Shown here: positions 19,841-31,349 of the stretch, one piece after another
Layout: each line of letters opens with the position of its first letter
Numbering within the stretch: the stretch's first letter is position 1
NCBI GenBank assembly: GCA_023301725.1
Contig: JALZUD010000079.1
Coordinates: 3,324-67,323 of the forward strand
Length of the DNA stretch: 64,000 bases
Source of the DNA: Granulosicoccus sp.
GTDB lineage: Bacteria; Pseudomonadota; Gammaproteobacteria; Granulosicoccales; Granulosicoccaceae
Reading direction: 5' to 3'
Position numbers and translations under genes: made by a program
Notes under the pieces: model-generated
Database searches by the model: none
What the model saw: the letters and a program-made list of their open reading frames with translations, nothing else
What the model was told of the DNA's origin: nothing

Positions 19841-22477
19841 ATGCCTCACTCTAGCAATTCGCGCCGTCGTTCGCGTCGTCATTCGCAGCCTAAAGAAAGT
19901 AGTGTGTTAGCTCGAATAACAAAATGGTTGGTAATCAGTGGTGCCTTGATGGGATTGCTGGTGGTCATTGGCGTGGGTTATCTGTATTACACAATCGCGC
20001 CTGATCTACCCGATGTAAAGCAGCTTCGCGAGGCGCAGCTGCAAATGCCCTTGCGTATTTTTACAGCTGACGGCGATCTGATTGCTGAATACGGTGAGAA
20101 GCGCCGCGAGCCCGTGCAGATTTCTCAGGTGCCGGATAGCCTGAAAAACGCCATTATCGCAGCGGAAGACCAGAATTTCTATACCCACCCCGGAGTTGCG
20201 TGGCAAGGGTTAGCGCGTGCAGCCTTCCACCTGATCAAGACAGGACGTAAGGGTCCCGGTGGCAGTACTATCACCATGCAGGTGGCGAGAAACTTCTTCT
20301 TATCCAATGAGAAAACCTATGATCGGAAGATTCGCGAAATATTTCTGTCGTTCAAAATAGAGAACGAGCTTGCCAAAGACCAGATTCTCGAACTCTATAT
20401 CAACAAAATCTATCTGGGGAATCGCTCATACGGTTTCGCAGCAGCAACTCGGGTTTATTACGGAAAGAGCATCGCAGAGCTAGAGGTGGTTGAGTCTGCC
20501 ATGCTGGCTGGCTTGCCTAAGGCGCCCTCACGCTACAACCCGGTAGCCAATCCTTCGCGGGCACTTTTGCGTCGAGATTACGTTTTGGGCCGAATGCTGG
20601 CTCTGGATATGATCGACAAAGCAACGTACGACTCAGCACTGGCAGCTGAAGTAACCGCCAAGGTGCATTACGCGCAGCCAGAGGCTGAGGCGAATTACGT
20701 GGGAGAGATGGCTCGTTCACGCGTTGAGCAATTATTCGGCGAGAACTGGGCAAACGCGGGTTACAACGTGTTTACCTCCATTCGTACCAAAGAGCAAAAC
20801 GCTGCAAATGCTGCTTTGCGCAACTCGCTTTACGATTACGAGCGGCGTCATGGATACACCGGACCCATCGCGCAACTGGAGCCGGAGATATACAACGATC
20901 GCGAGGCTCTGCTGGCAGCGTTAGAGGAGTTGCCCAAGCCTGGAGATCTTCTCCCGGCGGCTGTTTCCTTGATTCAGGACAATACGGCTACGGTTGTGTT
21001 GGCAAGCGGGGCTGAGTATTTACTCCCGTTTGAAGAAGTCGAGTGGGCAAGAGAACGCCTCACCATCGACACGCTGGGTGATGAGGTGAGCAGCATAGAT
21101 CAGGTCTTGAATATAGGTGACGTCATCGGTGTGCAGGAGCAAAGCGATGGAACCGTTAGATTCGTGCAAGAACCGAGCGTCGAGGCCGCGTTCATAGCGA
21201 TCGAGCCCAAAACGGGTTCGATTCTCGCGTTGGTCGGTGGTTTTGACTATTACCGAAGCAAATTTAATAGAGCCACGCAGGCGCGCCGCCAACCCGGATC
21301 CACGTTCAAACCGTTTATCTACTCTGCAGCTCTGAGCGCAGGTGATACAGCGGCTACTATCTACAATGATGCGCCGGTGGTGTTTCATGACTCAGCGCTA
21401 GAGGGTGAGTGGCGTCCATCAAACTACAGCGGACGCTTCTACGGGCCTACTCGGTTACGCGAAGCCTTGGTTAAATCGATGAACCTTGTGTCGGTCCGGG
21501 TGCTGCGACAGATCGGTGTTCCCTATGCTGTGGATTACGCACAACGATTCGGGTTTCTGGAAGAAAATCTACCGCCAGATCTCTCCCTATCCTTGGGTAG
21601 TGCTGCGGTTTCGCCTATCGAATTAACGTCCGCCTTCTCGGTTTTTGCCAACGGAGGCTATAAGGTGCCTGCCCATTTCATTGAAAGAGTGGAGGATCCA
21701 CGTGGCAACGTGCTCTACAGCACACCCAAAGTGGTTTTCTGTGACGATTGTGACCCTCGTTTTGTGAATCCATTGGAGGCAGAGCTGGGTATTGAGTCGG
21801 CGAACACCAGTGAGCCTGAGCAAGGCGCTGCGAATGTTGACGATGAGTCATTGGCAGCGCTTCGTGATGAAGATGCAACCGCTGAAGAGAGTGCGGCGGC
21901 CAGTATTGAACTGAAAAAAATTCAGCTGGATACTGTCGATGCGCCTCGCGTCATCGATGCACGTAACGCCTACATTATGACCAACATGATGCAGGAAGTG
22001 GTTCAGCGCGGAACAGCCAGACGAGCGGGGGCGGCTTTGGGCCGTACCGATTTGGCTGGCAAAACAGGCACCACTAATAATCAGCTCGATGCCTGGTTTG
22101 TGGGTTACAACGCTGACGTGGTGGCGTCTGCCTGGATTGGCTCTGACGGTTTGAACCCGTTGGGTCGAGGTGAATCAGGAGGCATCGCCGCGCTCCCTAT
22201 CTGGACAGAGTTTATGTCACGTGCGCTTGTGGATACGCCACTAGCAAATTTACCTGAGCCTGTGGGAATCAAGCAAGTGCGTATTGATAGAGCAACGGGT
22301 GAGCCCGGAGCTGGTGACAACACCATGTTTGAGGTGTTTATGGACGAGAACATGCCTGATCAAGAGGCTATCGAGCGGTTAGAATCTGCCGAACGCCTGA
22401 GTGCCAACGGTGGCGTTGAGGTTCCAGTGAGAAAGACGCGCAAAGAAAGAGCCAAAGAGGTTGATTCACTATTCTGA
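19841..22477 (+). CDS. mrcA: Penicillin-binding protein 1A
   Basis: AAEDQNFY, GGSTITMQVARNFF, RQPGSTFKPF (SxxK), SMN (SxN), AGKTGTTN (KTG); divergent from pilM. Confidence 0.96.
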   Translation: MPHSSNSRRRSRRHSQPKESSVLARITKWLVISGALMGLLVVIGVGYLYYTIAPDLPDVKQLREAQLQMPLRIFTADGDLIAEYGEKRREPVQISQVPDSLKNAIIAAEDQNFYTHPGVAWQGLARAAFHLIKTGRKGPGGSTITMQVARNFFLSNEKTYDRKIREIFLSFKIENELAKDQILELYINKIYLGNRSYGFAAATRVYYGKSIAELEVVESAMLAGLPKAPSRYNPVANPSRALLRRDYVLGRMLALDMIDKATYDSALAAEVTAKVHYAQPEAEANYVGEMARSRVEQLFGENWANAGYNVFTSIRTKEQNAANAALRNSLYDYERRHGYTGPIAQLEPEIYNDREALLAALEELPKPGDLLPAAVSLIQDNTATVVLASGAEYLLPFEEVEWARERLTIDTLGDEVSSIDQVLNIGDVIGVQEQSDGTVRFVQEPSVEAAFIAIEPKTGSILALVGGFDYYRSKFNRATQARRQPGSTFKPFIYSAALSAGDTAATIYNDAPVVFHDSALEGEWRPSNYSGRFYGPTRLREALVKSMNLVSVRVLRQIGVPYAVDYAQRFGFLEENLPPDLSLSLGSAAVSPIELTSAFSVFANGGYKVPAHFIERVEDPRGNVLYSTPKVVFCDDCDPRFVNPLEAELGIESANTSEPEQGAANVDDESLAALRDEDATAEESAAASIELKKIQLDTVDAPRVIDARNAYIMTNMMQEVVQRGTARRAGAALGRTDLAGKTGTTNNQLDAWFVGYNADVVASAWIGSDGLNPLGRGESGGIAALPIWTEFMSRALVDTPLANLPEPVGIKQVRIDRATGEPGAGDNTMFEVFMDENMPDQEAIERLESAERLSANGGVEVPVRKTRKERAKEVDSLF

Positions 22478-22480
22478 TTA

Positions 22481-22519
22481 GACAAAAGCATGCGCCGAAC
22501 AGATCGGCGCATGCTTGTC
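22481..22519. terminator. Hairpin between convergent mrcA and hemE
   Basis: AAGCATGCGCCGA/TCGGCGCATGCTT 13-bp stem. Confidence 0.7.
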
Positions 22520-22568
22520 GATGACTTGGAATCGTTTTAAAGGCAGCTTTTTGGGTCAGTAGCTATAG

Positions 22569-23627
22569 CTACTTAGTGCTAAATTTTCTAACTGCTTCCA
22601 CCATCACAGCCAAATTATCAGGGTTAACAAACTGGTGAATACCATGCCCCAGGTTGAAAACATGCCCAGGGCCCGAGCCATAACTTTCCAGAACCCGCTG
22701 TACCTCAGTTCGTATGCTTTCCGGTGAGCCATAGAGTACAGACGGATCAAGATTACCTTGCAGTGCCACTCGATCGCCTGTGCGGGCCCGTGCATCTTTG
22801 AGGTCTGTTGTCCAGTCAACGCCAAGCCCATCGCAACCGGTGTCCGCCATGATATCTAACCATTGTCCACCGTTTTTGGTAAACAGCACGACAGGGACCT
22901 TTCGACCATCAGCTTGGCGGGTGAGTCCATCAACAATTTGTTGCATATAGCGCAATGAAAATTCACGGTAGTTGGCAGGTGCGAGAACACCACCCCAGGT
23001 ATCGAACACCATGAGTGACTGCGCGCCTGCTTCTACTTGAGCATTGAGGTAGCTGATAACTGATTGTGCAGTCTTGTCCAGCATCTTGTGCAGTGTGAGT
23101 GGATCGCTGAATAGCATACCTTTGATTTTGGCAAAATCTTTGGTGCCGCCACCCTCTACCATGTAGGTGGCCAGTGTCCACGGGCTACCTGAAAAACCGA
23201 TCAGAGGTACACGACCGTTAAGCTCGCGTCTGATGGTGCTGACCGCGTCCATGACATAACGAAGTGAGTCTGTGGGATCAGGGACGGGCAGTTTTTCTAC
23301 GTCAGCAGCAGTTCTCACTGGATTAGAAAACTTAGGGCCTTCACCCGTTTCGAAATGTAGCCCAAGCCCCATCGCATCAGGGATGGTAAGAATGTCTGAA
23401 AACAGAATGGCTGCATCGAGATTGAAGCGGTCTATCGGCTGCAATGTGACTTCGCAGGCTAGTTCTGGATTACTACAAAGGCTCATGAAGTCGCCAGCTT
23501 GCTTGCGCACCTTCAGATACTCAGGCAGATAACGCCCCGCCTGACGCATAACCCAGACAGGCGTACGTGGTACGTCTTCTCTATTTAACGCCCTAAGGTA
23601 AAGATCGTTCTGCAGTTCTGCGCTCAT
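22569..23627 (-). CDS. hemE: Uroporphyrinogen decarboxylase
   Basis: [45 protein letters not shown]. Confidence 0.98.
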   Translation of the reverse strand: MSAELQNDLYLRALNREDVPRTPVWVMRQAGRYLPEYLKVRKQAGDFMSLCSNPELACEVTLQPIDRFNLDAAILFSDILTIPDAMGLGLHFETGEGPKFSNPVRTAADVEKLPVPDPTDSLRYVMDAVSTIRRELNGRVPLIGFSGSPWTLATYMVEGGGTKDFAKIKGMLFSDPLTLHKMLDKTAQSVISYLNAQVEAGAQSLMVFDTWGGVLAPANYREFSLRYMQQIVDGLTRQADGRKVPVVLFTKNGGQWLDIMADTGCDGLGVDWTTDLKDARARTGDRVALQGNLDPSVLYGSPESIRTEVQRVLESYGSGPGHVFNLGHGIHQFVNPDNLAVMVEAVRKFSTK

Positions 23628-23652
23628 GGTTTCTTAAAAAGTGGCTTATGAC

Positions 23653-25295
<1,643 letters not shown>

Positions 25296-25488
25296 CTAAA
25301 CTCGGACGCAAAAAATTAAGGATTGCATCATGGCAAAAGCCAGACGCCTTTGGTTCTTGCGTTTTGTACTATCAAACAATCCTAGCAGGCTTCTCCTTGC
25401 CTGCTCGGTGCCATATTGTCACGCAACCTTGTACGCAATCGACAAGTCGTTGATGCGTTGGTGGCAGAACAAATCTACGATAGGCTTG

Positions 25489-25935
25489 TTAAGCCAAACG
25501 GGATTTAATGCTCTGACTCACAGCTGACATGTCAGCCTTGCCTTGCATCAATGGTTTTACCAAGCCCATGACCTTACCCATGTCCTTAATAGATGAGGCT
25601 CCAGAGTCGCTGATGGCTTGATCGACGATGGCCGTGATCTCCTCGTTGCTCAGTTGGGCGGGCATGTACGTCTTGATCTGCTCAAGCTCGCTTTGTTCTT
25701 GCGCAACTAGATCATCGCGATTTGCTTTTGAGTACTGTTCTATCGATTCGCGACGCTGTTTAAGCATCTTATCGAGTAAAACGATGACTTCCTCTTCACC
25801 AAGGTCTTTGCGCTCATCGACTTCACGCTGTTTGATCGCCGCTGACATCAACCTGAGAGTGCCCAGAAGCGGCTTGTCGCCGGCCTTCATAGCGGTCTTG
25901 ATATCGTCGAGAATGCGCTGCCTTGTTTCGCTCAT
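25489..25935 (-). CDS. yqeY: GatB/YqeY domain protein
   Basis: DIKTAMKAGDK..LR, KQRRESIEQY..A.R.DL, KDMGKVMG..GKADM. Confidence 0.93.
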   Translation of the reverse strand: MSETRQRILDDIKTAMKAGDKPLLGTLRLMSAAIKQREVDERKDLGEEEVIVLLDKMLKQRRESIEQYSKANRDDLVAQEQSELEQIKTYMPAQLSNEEITAIVDQAISDSGASSIKDMGKVMGLVKPLMQGKADMSAVSQSIKSRLA

Positions 25936-26222
25936 GAGATGATTGCTTTGAGATTGTCGCCAGACTTCGTTGCTCTGTTGAGCTCCCTGATTTGCGTGCT
26001 GGCCTTGTCGCAGGCACTGTTTTTAATCCGCGCTGAGGCTTACATTCTGAACAGAACGAATTGGGAATCCTTAGAAGAGGATTTCGGTACATACACTCGC
26101 CACTAGTGCAGGCAGATGCCCGCACTAAGTGAGTTCGGAAGAGACAGTACGCTTGGTTAGTACTACCAGTCAGTGCCGATCGTGACTACAGATCGTGAGC
26201 AAAGCCAGCCCGAAACGATGAC

Positions 26223-26438
26223 TCAGTAGAGTCGAACGCGACGTGAAGATTCTTTGGATACTTTTTTCTGGTGGCGCTTTACTGCCGCAGCAGCTTTACG
26301 CTTGCGTTCTGTAGTAGGCTTTTCGTAGAACTCGCGACGGCGGGTTTCTGTGAGAACGCCAGCTTTTTCGCATCCGCGCTTGAAACGGCGCAACGCCATT
26401 TCAAAAGGCTCGTTTTCTTTAACTCGTACTGAAGGCAT
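26223..26438 (-). CDS. rpsU: 30S ribosomal protein S21
   Basis: [34 protein letters not shown]; 71 aa from ATG 26438. Confidence 0.98.
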   Translation of the reverse strand: MPSVRVKENEPFEMALRRFKRGCEKAGVLTETRRREFYEKPTTERKRKAAAAVKRHQKKVSKESSRRVRLY

Positions 26439-26541
26439 TAAACAATTCTCGACTTGTCTGTAGGGCTGTACAAATATCAGCCCACTATCATAGCCGTTTT
26501 TAAGCCAGATGTTCAACCTCCGCTACACAAAATTCATTTTC

Positions 26542-27564
26542 ATGATAACTCTCGGTATCGAAAGCTCCTGTGACGAGACTGGTTTGGCGCTGTATTGCAG
26601 CGTTCGAGGCTTACTATCTCACGCGCTTTTCAGTCAGATTGACCTGCATGCCTTGTACGGAGGGGTTGTGCCGGAGCTAGCCTCGCGAGACCATATCAAG
26701 CGTTTGGTGCCGTTAACCCGGCAAGTGTGTGTCGACGCTGGTATCGAATTGTCGCAAATAAGCAACGTGGCTTATACCCGGGGGCCTGGATTGGCAGGCG
26801 CTTTGTTGGCAGGTGCCATGATGGCGCGCTCGTTAGCATGGTCCCTGGGTGTCCCTGCGCTTGGCGTGCATCATTTGGAAGGGCATTTGCTGGCACCCAT
26901 GCTTGAAGAGGATGCGCCTGATTTTCCATTGGTTTGTTTGTTGGTTTCAGGTGGGCACACGCAATTGATTGAAGTGCATGCGCTCGGTCACTATCAGTTG
27001 ATGGGCGAATCCATTGATGATGCCGCCGGTGAAGCGTTTGACAAAACAGCCAAAATGTTAGGTCTGGGTTATCCCGGAGGGGCAGCGTTATCAGCGTTGG
27101 CTCGCTCAGGAGATGCATCAAAAGTGTCTTTGCCCCGCCCCATGCTCGATAGGCCCAATCTGGACTTCAGTTTTAGTGGCCTGAAGACCGCAGCCATTAC
27201 CCGCTGGAAGGGGTTTGGCGGTGATGAATCTGAGCGTGAGCAATTCAAGGCTGACCTTGCAGCGAGTTTTGAGCTGGCAGTGGTGGATGTACTCATCGGC
27301 AAGAGCATCAAAGCCATGCAGCAGAGCGGGTTGTCTAGATTGGTGGTTTCAGGGGGTGTTAGCGCAAACCAGACATTGCGCGTTGCTGCTGATTCGCTCA
27401 AATCCAGTCACGCTATTGATGTGTTTTATCCGCGGCTGGAATTTTGTACTGACAACGGAGCAATGATTGCGTTGGCAGGTTCAAAGCGTTTGCAAAATGG
27501 CGAATCTGAAAACTTGGAGGTCAGTGTGCAGCCACGCTGGGCGCTGGAAGCTTTGTCTGCCTGA
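26542..27564 (+). CDS. tsaD: tRNA t6A threonylcarbamoyltransferase
   Basis: LGIESSCDETG, VVPELASRDH, HHLEGH, SGGHT, GEAFDK, CTDNGAMIA. Start set at ATG 26542. Confidence 0.97.
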   Translation: MITLGIESSCDETGLALYCSVRGLLSHALFSQIDLHALYGGVVPELASRDHIKRLVPLTRQVCVDAGIELSQISNVAYTRGPGLAGALLAGAMMARSLAWSLGVPALGVHHLEGHLLAPMLEEDAPDFPLVCLLVSGGHTQLIEVHALGHYQLMGESIDDAAGEAFDKTAKMLGLGYPGGAALSALARSGDASKVSLPRPMLDRPNLDFSFSGLKTAAITRWKGFGGDESEREQFKADLAASFELAVVDVLIGKSIKAMQQSGLSRLVVSGGVSANQTLRVAADSLKSSHAIDVFYPRLEFCTDNGAMIALAGSKRLQNGESENLEVSVQPRWALEALSA

Positions 27565-27576
27565 GTTGTTGACGAG

Positions 27577-28182
27577 TCAGCGTTTGCCAATCGTTGGCTC
27601 GCTGCCATCAATCAATCGAGAGATATTGCTTCGGTGGGTATAGAAAAGAAATAACGCAATCATGACAAAGGCGACGGCGAAGACGCTTTGGCCGTCAAAA
27701 AGCAGGTAAACCGGCACCAGAGCAAAGGTTGCCAACGCGGCCAGAGAGGAGCGCTTGAAGGTTAGGCTAACCGCTAGCCAGGTGAGTATGGCTAGAGCGC
27801 CTGTTGCCAGACTGATACCTAACAAAGCGCCCAGCGCAGTTGCAACACCTTTACCCCCTTTGAATTCAAAAAAGATGGGGTAGAGATGTCCGATGAACGC
27901 TGCGATGGCGGTCAGGGCGATTGTTGGAGGGTGAGACGTTAGTAAGGAGGTTATAAAAACTGGTGCGAAGCCTTTCAGTCCGTCACCTATCAGAGTCAAT
28001 GCCGCTGGCAGCTTACCGCCCACCCGCAGTACGTTCGTTGCTCCGGGGTTGCCAGAGCCTGCGTTGCGCGGATCCTCAAGCCCCATGGCACGGCAAACGA
28101 GAATAGCGGCCGAAACTGAGCCTATCAGGTATGAGGCAATGGCGGCGAGTAGCGCTGGAATGAAGAGTTCGGCTGAAAACAT
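27577..28182 (-). CDS. plsY: Glycerol-3-phosphate acyltransferase
   Basis: YLIGS, GSGNPGATN.LR, GHLYP.FF.FKGGKGVAT, H.SNI.RL. Confidence 0.96.
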   Translation of the reverse strand: MFSAELFIPALLAAIASYLIGSVSAAILVCRAMGLEDPRNAGSGNPGATNVLRVGGKLPAALTLIGDGLKGFAPVFITSLLTSHPPTIALTAIAAFIGHLYPIFFEFKGGKGVATALGALLGISLATGALAILTWLAVSLTFKRSSLAALATFALVPVYLLFDGQSVFAVAFVMIALFLFYTHRSNISRLIDGSEPTIGKR

Positions 28183-28289
28183 AGGGGCTCAGAGCTGAAT
28201 AGTTGTGTGCACTATAAAAGAGAACTCTGTGCAGTACCAACTTCTTATGCCATCCTTTACTTCTGAGTTGCCTAAAATTCCCCTACACG

Positions 28290-29195
28290 ATGAGTACATT
28301 GATTCAACCGCAGACCATTGACGCTGTCAGGCGTCAGTTTTTAAAAAATCAGCATAACTTTGACTCGCATTCGGCTGTGTTTCAGTCGATCAGTGATCGT
28401 TTGCTTGCGCGCTTGGAATTTCTGGCTGTGCAGCCCCAGCGCATACTTGATCTTGGCTGTCGCTCTGGTTACCAACTGGCATCACTTGCTGAGCGCTACC
28501 CTGAGGCGATCATTGTGGGGGCTGATCCAGCCCCTGGCATAGCGCCTCAGTTGCCATCCTCTTGGCCGTCTTGGCTCAGACGTGAGCGTCAAGCTCCTCA
28601 TCCGCGTGTGGCTTGCGACCCCCATCAGCTGCCGTTTGCTGATGAATCCTTTGACCTAGTGATATCGAATCTGTTTCTTCCCTGGTGCCAAGAGCCGCAT
28701 CGTGTCTTTGCCGAGGTATCACGTGTGCTTGGCACTGGAGGTGCTTTTATGTTTACCAGCGCAGGTCCGGATACGTTAATCGAGTACCGTCGTTTATGGG
28801 CAGATTTGGACTCACATTTGCACGTTTTTGGGCTGATAGACATGCACGATCTCGGCGATTCAATGATGTCGTCGGGCTTCGCAGCTCCGGTGCTGGATCG
28901 AGACAATATCGTTATTGATTATCCGACTGTGGCGGCTCTTGAGAAGGAGCTGCGTGCACTTGGCGCAACTAATATTGCGCTTGGTCGGCGTCGCGGTTTG
29001 ATGTCATCTGTTGTAACGCAACGTTTGCAGGAACGGGAAATGAGCCTTGAGCGATGTAAAGTAACTCTAGAATTGGTGCAGGGGCATGGTTGGAAAGGTG
29101 AGCTGCGCGCGCCAACCGAGCCGGGTGCTGATGTGACAGTGTCCGTTGATACGCTTCGCGGCTCATGGAGTCGTAAAACTGGGCGACAACGATAG
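28290..29195 (+). CDS. Class I SAM-dependent methyltransferase, BioC/NDUFAF5-like
   Basis: ILDLGCRSG, LPFA..SFDL..SNL..W, GPDTL.E, DMHDLGD, ELV.GHGW; no other bio genes nearby. Confidence 0.8.
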   Translation: MSTLIQPQTIDAVRRQFLKNQHNFDSHSAVFQSISDRLLARLEFLAVQPQRILDLGCRSGYQLASLAERYPEAIIVGADPAPGIAPQLPSSWPSWLRRERQAPHPRVACDPHQLPFADESFDLVISNLFLPWCQEPHRVFAEVSRVLGTGGAFMFTSAGPDTLIEYRRLWADLDSHLHVFGLIDMHDLGDSMMSSGFAAPVLDRDNIVIDYPTVAALEKELRALGATNIALGRRRGLMSSVVTQRLQEREMSLERCKVTLELVQGHGWKGELRAPTEPGADVTVSVDTLRGSWSRKTGRQR

Positions 29196-29243
29196 GGCAG
29201 AATAACTCGAGCAATGGTTGTCGTATTGTGTGGTTAAGATGAA

Positions 29244-29259
29244 TTGACATGTCTGTCAA
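29244..29259. promoter_or_regulatory. Operator-like palindrome upstream of the DUF2244 gene
   Basis: TTGACA-tgtc-TGTCAA perfect inverted repeat. Confidence 0.4.
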
Positions 29260-29322
29260 CTTCACTTTACAGTCTGCCTCGACCGACCAATAGTGAAATC
29301 CGTTTGGTGAATCTGACGAAAG

Positions 29323-29796
29323 ATGATTGAAGTACAAGACAAGCAAGGGTGTACCACTAAATTAATAGTGACCGCCAATCGCTCCATGAGCTGGAAGGCA
29401 AATCTATATCTTGCCGCAAGTCTTGGTGTGATTTGCATGGGTGTGGCCATTGCTATGGCTACGTTTGGTTTGTGGATGATTATCCCGTTTGCTGGGCTTG
29501 AGATTATTTTTATCGTGGTTTGCCTTTACTTAACCCTGAAAAGACTCTCGCGTCAGGAAGTCATTACTGTTGATAGCGAGGCAATCAAAGTTGAGTGGGG
29601 ATACAGCCAGCCGGACGTTACTGTTAAATTGCCGCGCCGTTGGAGCAGGTTGTCTTACCACTGCAAAGATAGTGAGTTCGAGGTTGGAGAATTAAGCGTC
29701 AGTGCTCACGGAAAGCGCTACGTGTTGGGGGAGTGTTTGAATAAGCAGGAGAAAAAAGCTCTGTACGGTGAATTGCAAAATGCCATGGCTCAATGA
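29323..29796 (+). CDS. DUF2244-type membrane protein
   Basis: TANRSMS, G.W.IIPFAGLE, two TM segments, L...E+ C-terminus; usual position upstream of coxB. Confidence 0.8.
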   Translation: MIEVQDKQGCTTKLIVTANRSMSWKANLYLAASLGVICMGVAIAMATFGLWMIIPFAGLEIIFIVVCLYLTLKRLSRQEVITVDSEAIKVEWGYSQPDVTVKLPRRWSRLSYHCKDSEFEVGELSVSAHGKRYVLGECLNKQEKKALYGELQNAMAQ

Positions 29797-30098
29797 TACC
29801 TGTGAATATTTTTCACAAGCAATGGTCGGAAAAAGAACATTAGATGTATCTTATTCGTCCATTACAAAACGGCGTCGTGGGTATACACTTTGCTCGTTAA
29901 TCTGACACTGTTGCCAGAAGACAACTTACCTGTGGTTTTTTACATACGCGGCGTCCTTTTTTTGCCGCATGTGATGAGCATGTTCTATATACATGCTAGG
30001 TACTAAACAAAGGCCTCGGAAGCTCCGCGCATGTGAGCGAGATCTTCCGGATGCCAATTCGCTTTATTATTAATTGTGTTGTTATTGGAGAGTGTTTT

Positions 30099-31349
30099 AT
30101 GAGGTCTAGCGTTTACCGGTCAGGTTTTCGTTGGGCGTTCCTTTCGGTTTTGCTGTTAGCGCTCCCTCTGGGTGCTTGGGCAGACTGGGGTGCGGTCAAT
30201 ATGCCAAGGGGCGTTACAGAAATCAGCAACGAGGTTTACACCCTCCATATGCGGATCTTCTATATTTGCTGCGCTATAGGCGTGGCGGTGTTTGGTGTCA
30301 TGATTGTGTCGATGTTTTTACATCGCAAGTCACGTGGAGCCGAGCCTGCTACTTGGCATGAAAGCACCTCTGTCGAAATTGTCTGGACCGTTACTCCACT
30401 GATCATCCTCATCGCTATGGCTATTCCAGCGGCTAAAGTCCTGATCAAGATGGAAGATTTTTCGGATTCTGAAATGTCGATAAAAGTCACCGGTTATCAG
30501 TGGCGCTGGCACTACGATTACATTGACAGCGACGTTAGCTTCTACAGCCAATTGGCTCCAGAGCACAACAAGGCCCGACAGCAGGGTGCTGATGTTGATC
30601 TTGCAGCAACATTTACAGGTACAGACTTCAATGGTGAAGAGCCCATTTATTTACGGCAAGTAGATAACGAGCTGGTAGTGCCAGTGGGCGTCAAGATCCG
30701 CTTTCTACACACGGCAGCTGATGTTATTCACTCTTGGTGGGTACAAGATCTGTCAATCAAGAAAGACTCAATTCCAGGCTTTATCAACGAAAACTGGGCG
30801 CGTATTGATAAGCCTGGTATCTATCGTGGCAAGTGTGCAGAGCTTTGCGGTCGCGATCATGGCTTTATGCCAATAGTGGTTCGCGCAGTGCCGCAAGAGG
30901 AATTCGACGCGTGGATTGCTGAAAAGCAAGAAGCAACCGTTGCTGCCAACGACAACGCCCATCGCCAATGGTCAAAAGAAGAGCTAATTGCTACTGGTGA
31001 AAAGGTTTACCAAGCAAACTGCATGAGCTGCCATCAGGCAGAGGGCCAAGGAATTCCGGGTATGTTTCCAGCTATATCGGGAAGCGAAGTCGCCACTGGC
31101 GGCGTCGATGAACATATCGGAACTATTCTCAATGGTGTTGAGGGCACGATGATGTCGCCGTTCGGCAGCGTGCTGTCTGATACCGACCTTGCTGCGGTCA
31201 TCAGTTACCAGAGAAATGCTCTGGGTAACGCCACAGGCGACATCGTTCAACCGTCACACATCAAGTCACTACGAAAAGATAATGATGATGCAGTGACTGA
31301 AAGTGTCGCCTCTGCCGCTGACAACATCTCAACTCAGGGAGTTAACTGA
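30099..31349 (+). CDS. coxB: Cytochrome c oxidase subunit II with fused cytochrome c (caa3 type)
   Basis: GYQWRWHY, DVIHSWW, CuA motif CAELCGRDHGFM, C-terminal CMSCH. Start set at ATG 30099 after GGAG. Confidence 0.97.
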   Translation: MRSSVYRSGFRWAFLSVLLLALPLGAWADWGAVNMPRGVTEISNEVYTLHMRIFYICCAIGVAVFGVMIVSMFLHRKSRGAEPATWHESTSVEIVWTVTPLIILIAMAIPAAKVLIKMEDFSDSEMSIKVTGYQWRWHYDYIDSDVSFYSQLAPEHNKARQQGADVDLAATFTGTDFNGEEPIYLRQVDNELVVPVGVKIRFLHTAADVIHSWWVQDLSIKKDSIPGFINENWARIDKPGIYRGKCAELCGRDHGFMPIVVRAVPQEEFDAWIAEKQEATVAANDNAHRQWSKEELIATGEKVYQANCMSCHQAEGQGIPGMFPAISGSEVATGGVDEHIGTILNGVEGTMMSPFGSVLSDTDLAAVISYQRNALGNATGDIVQPSHIKSLRKDNDDAVTESVASAADNISTQGVN

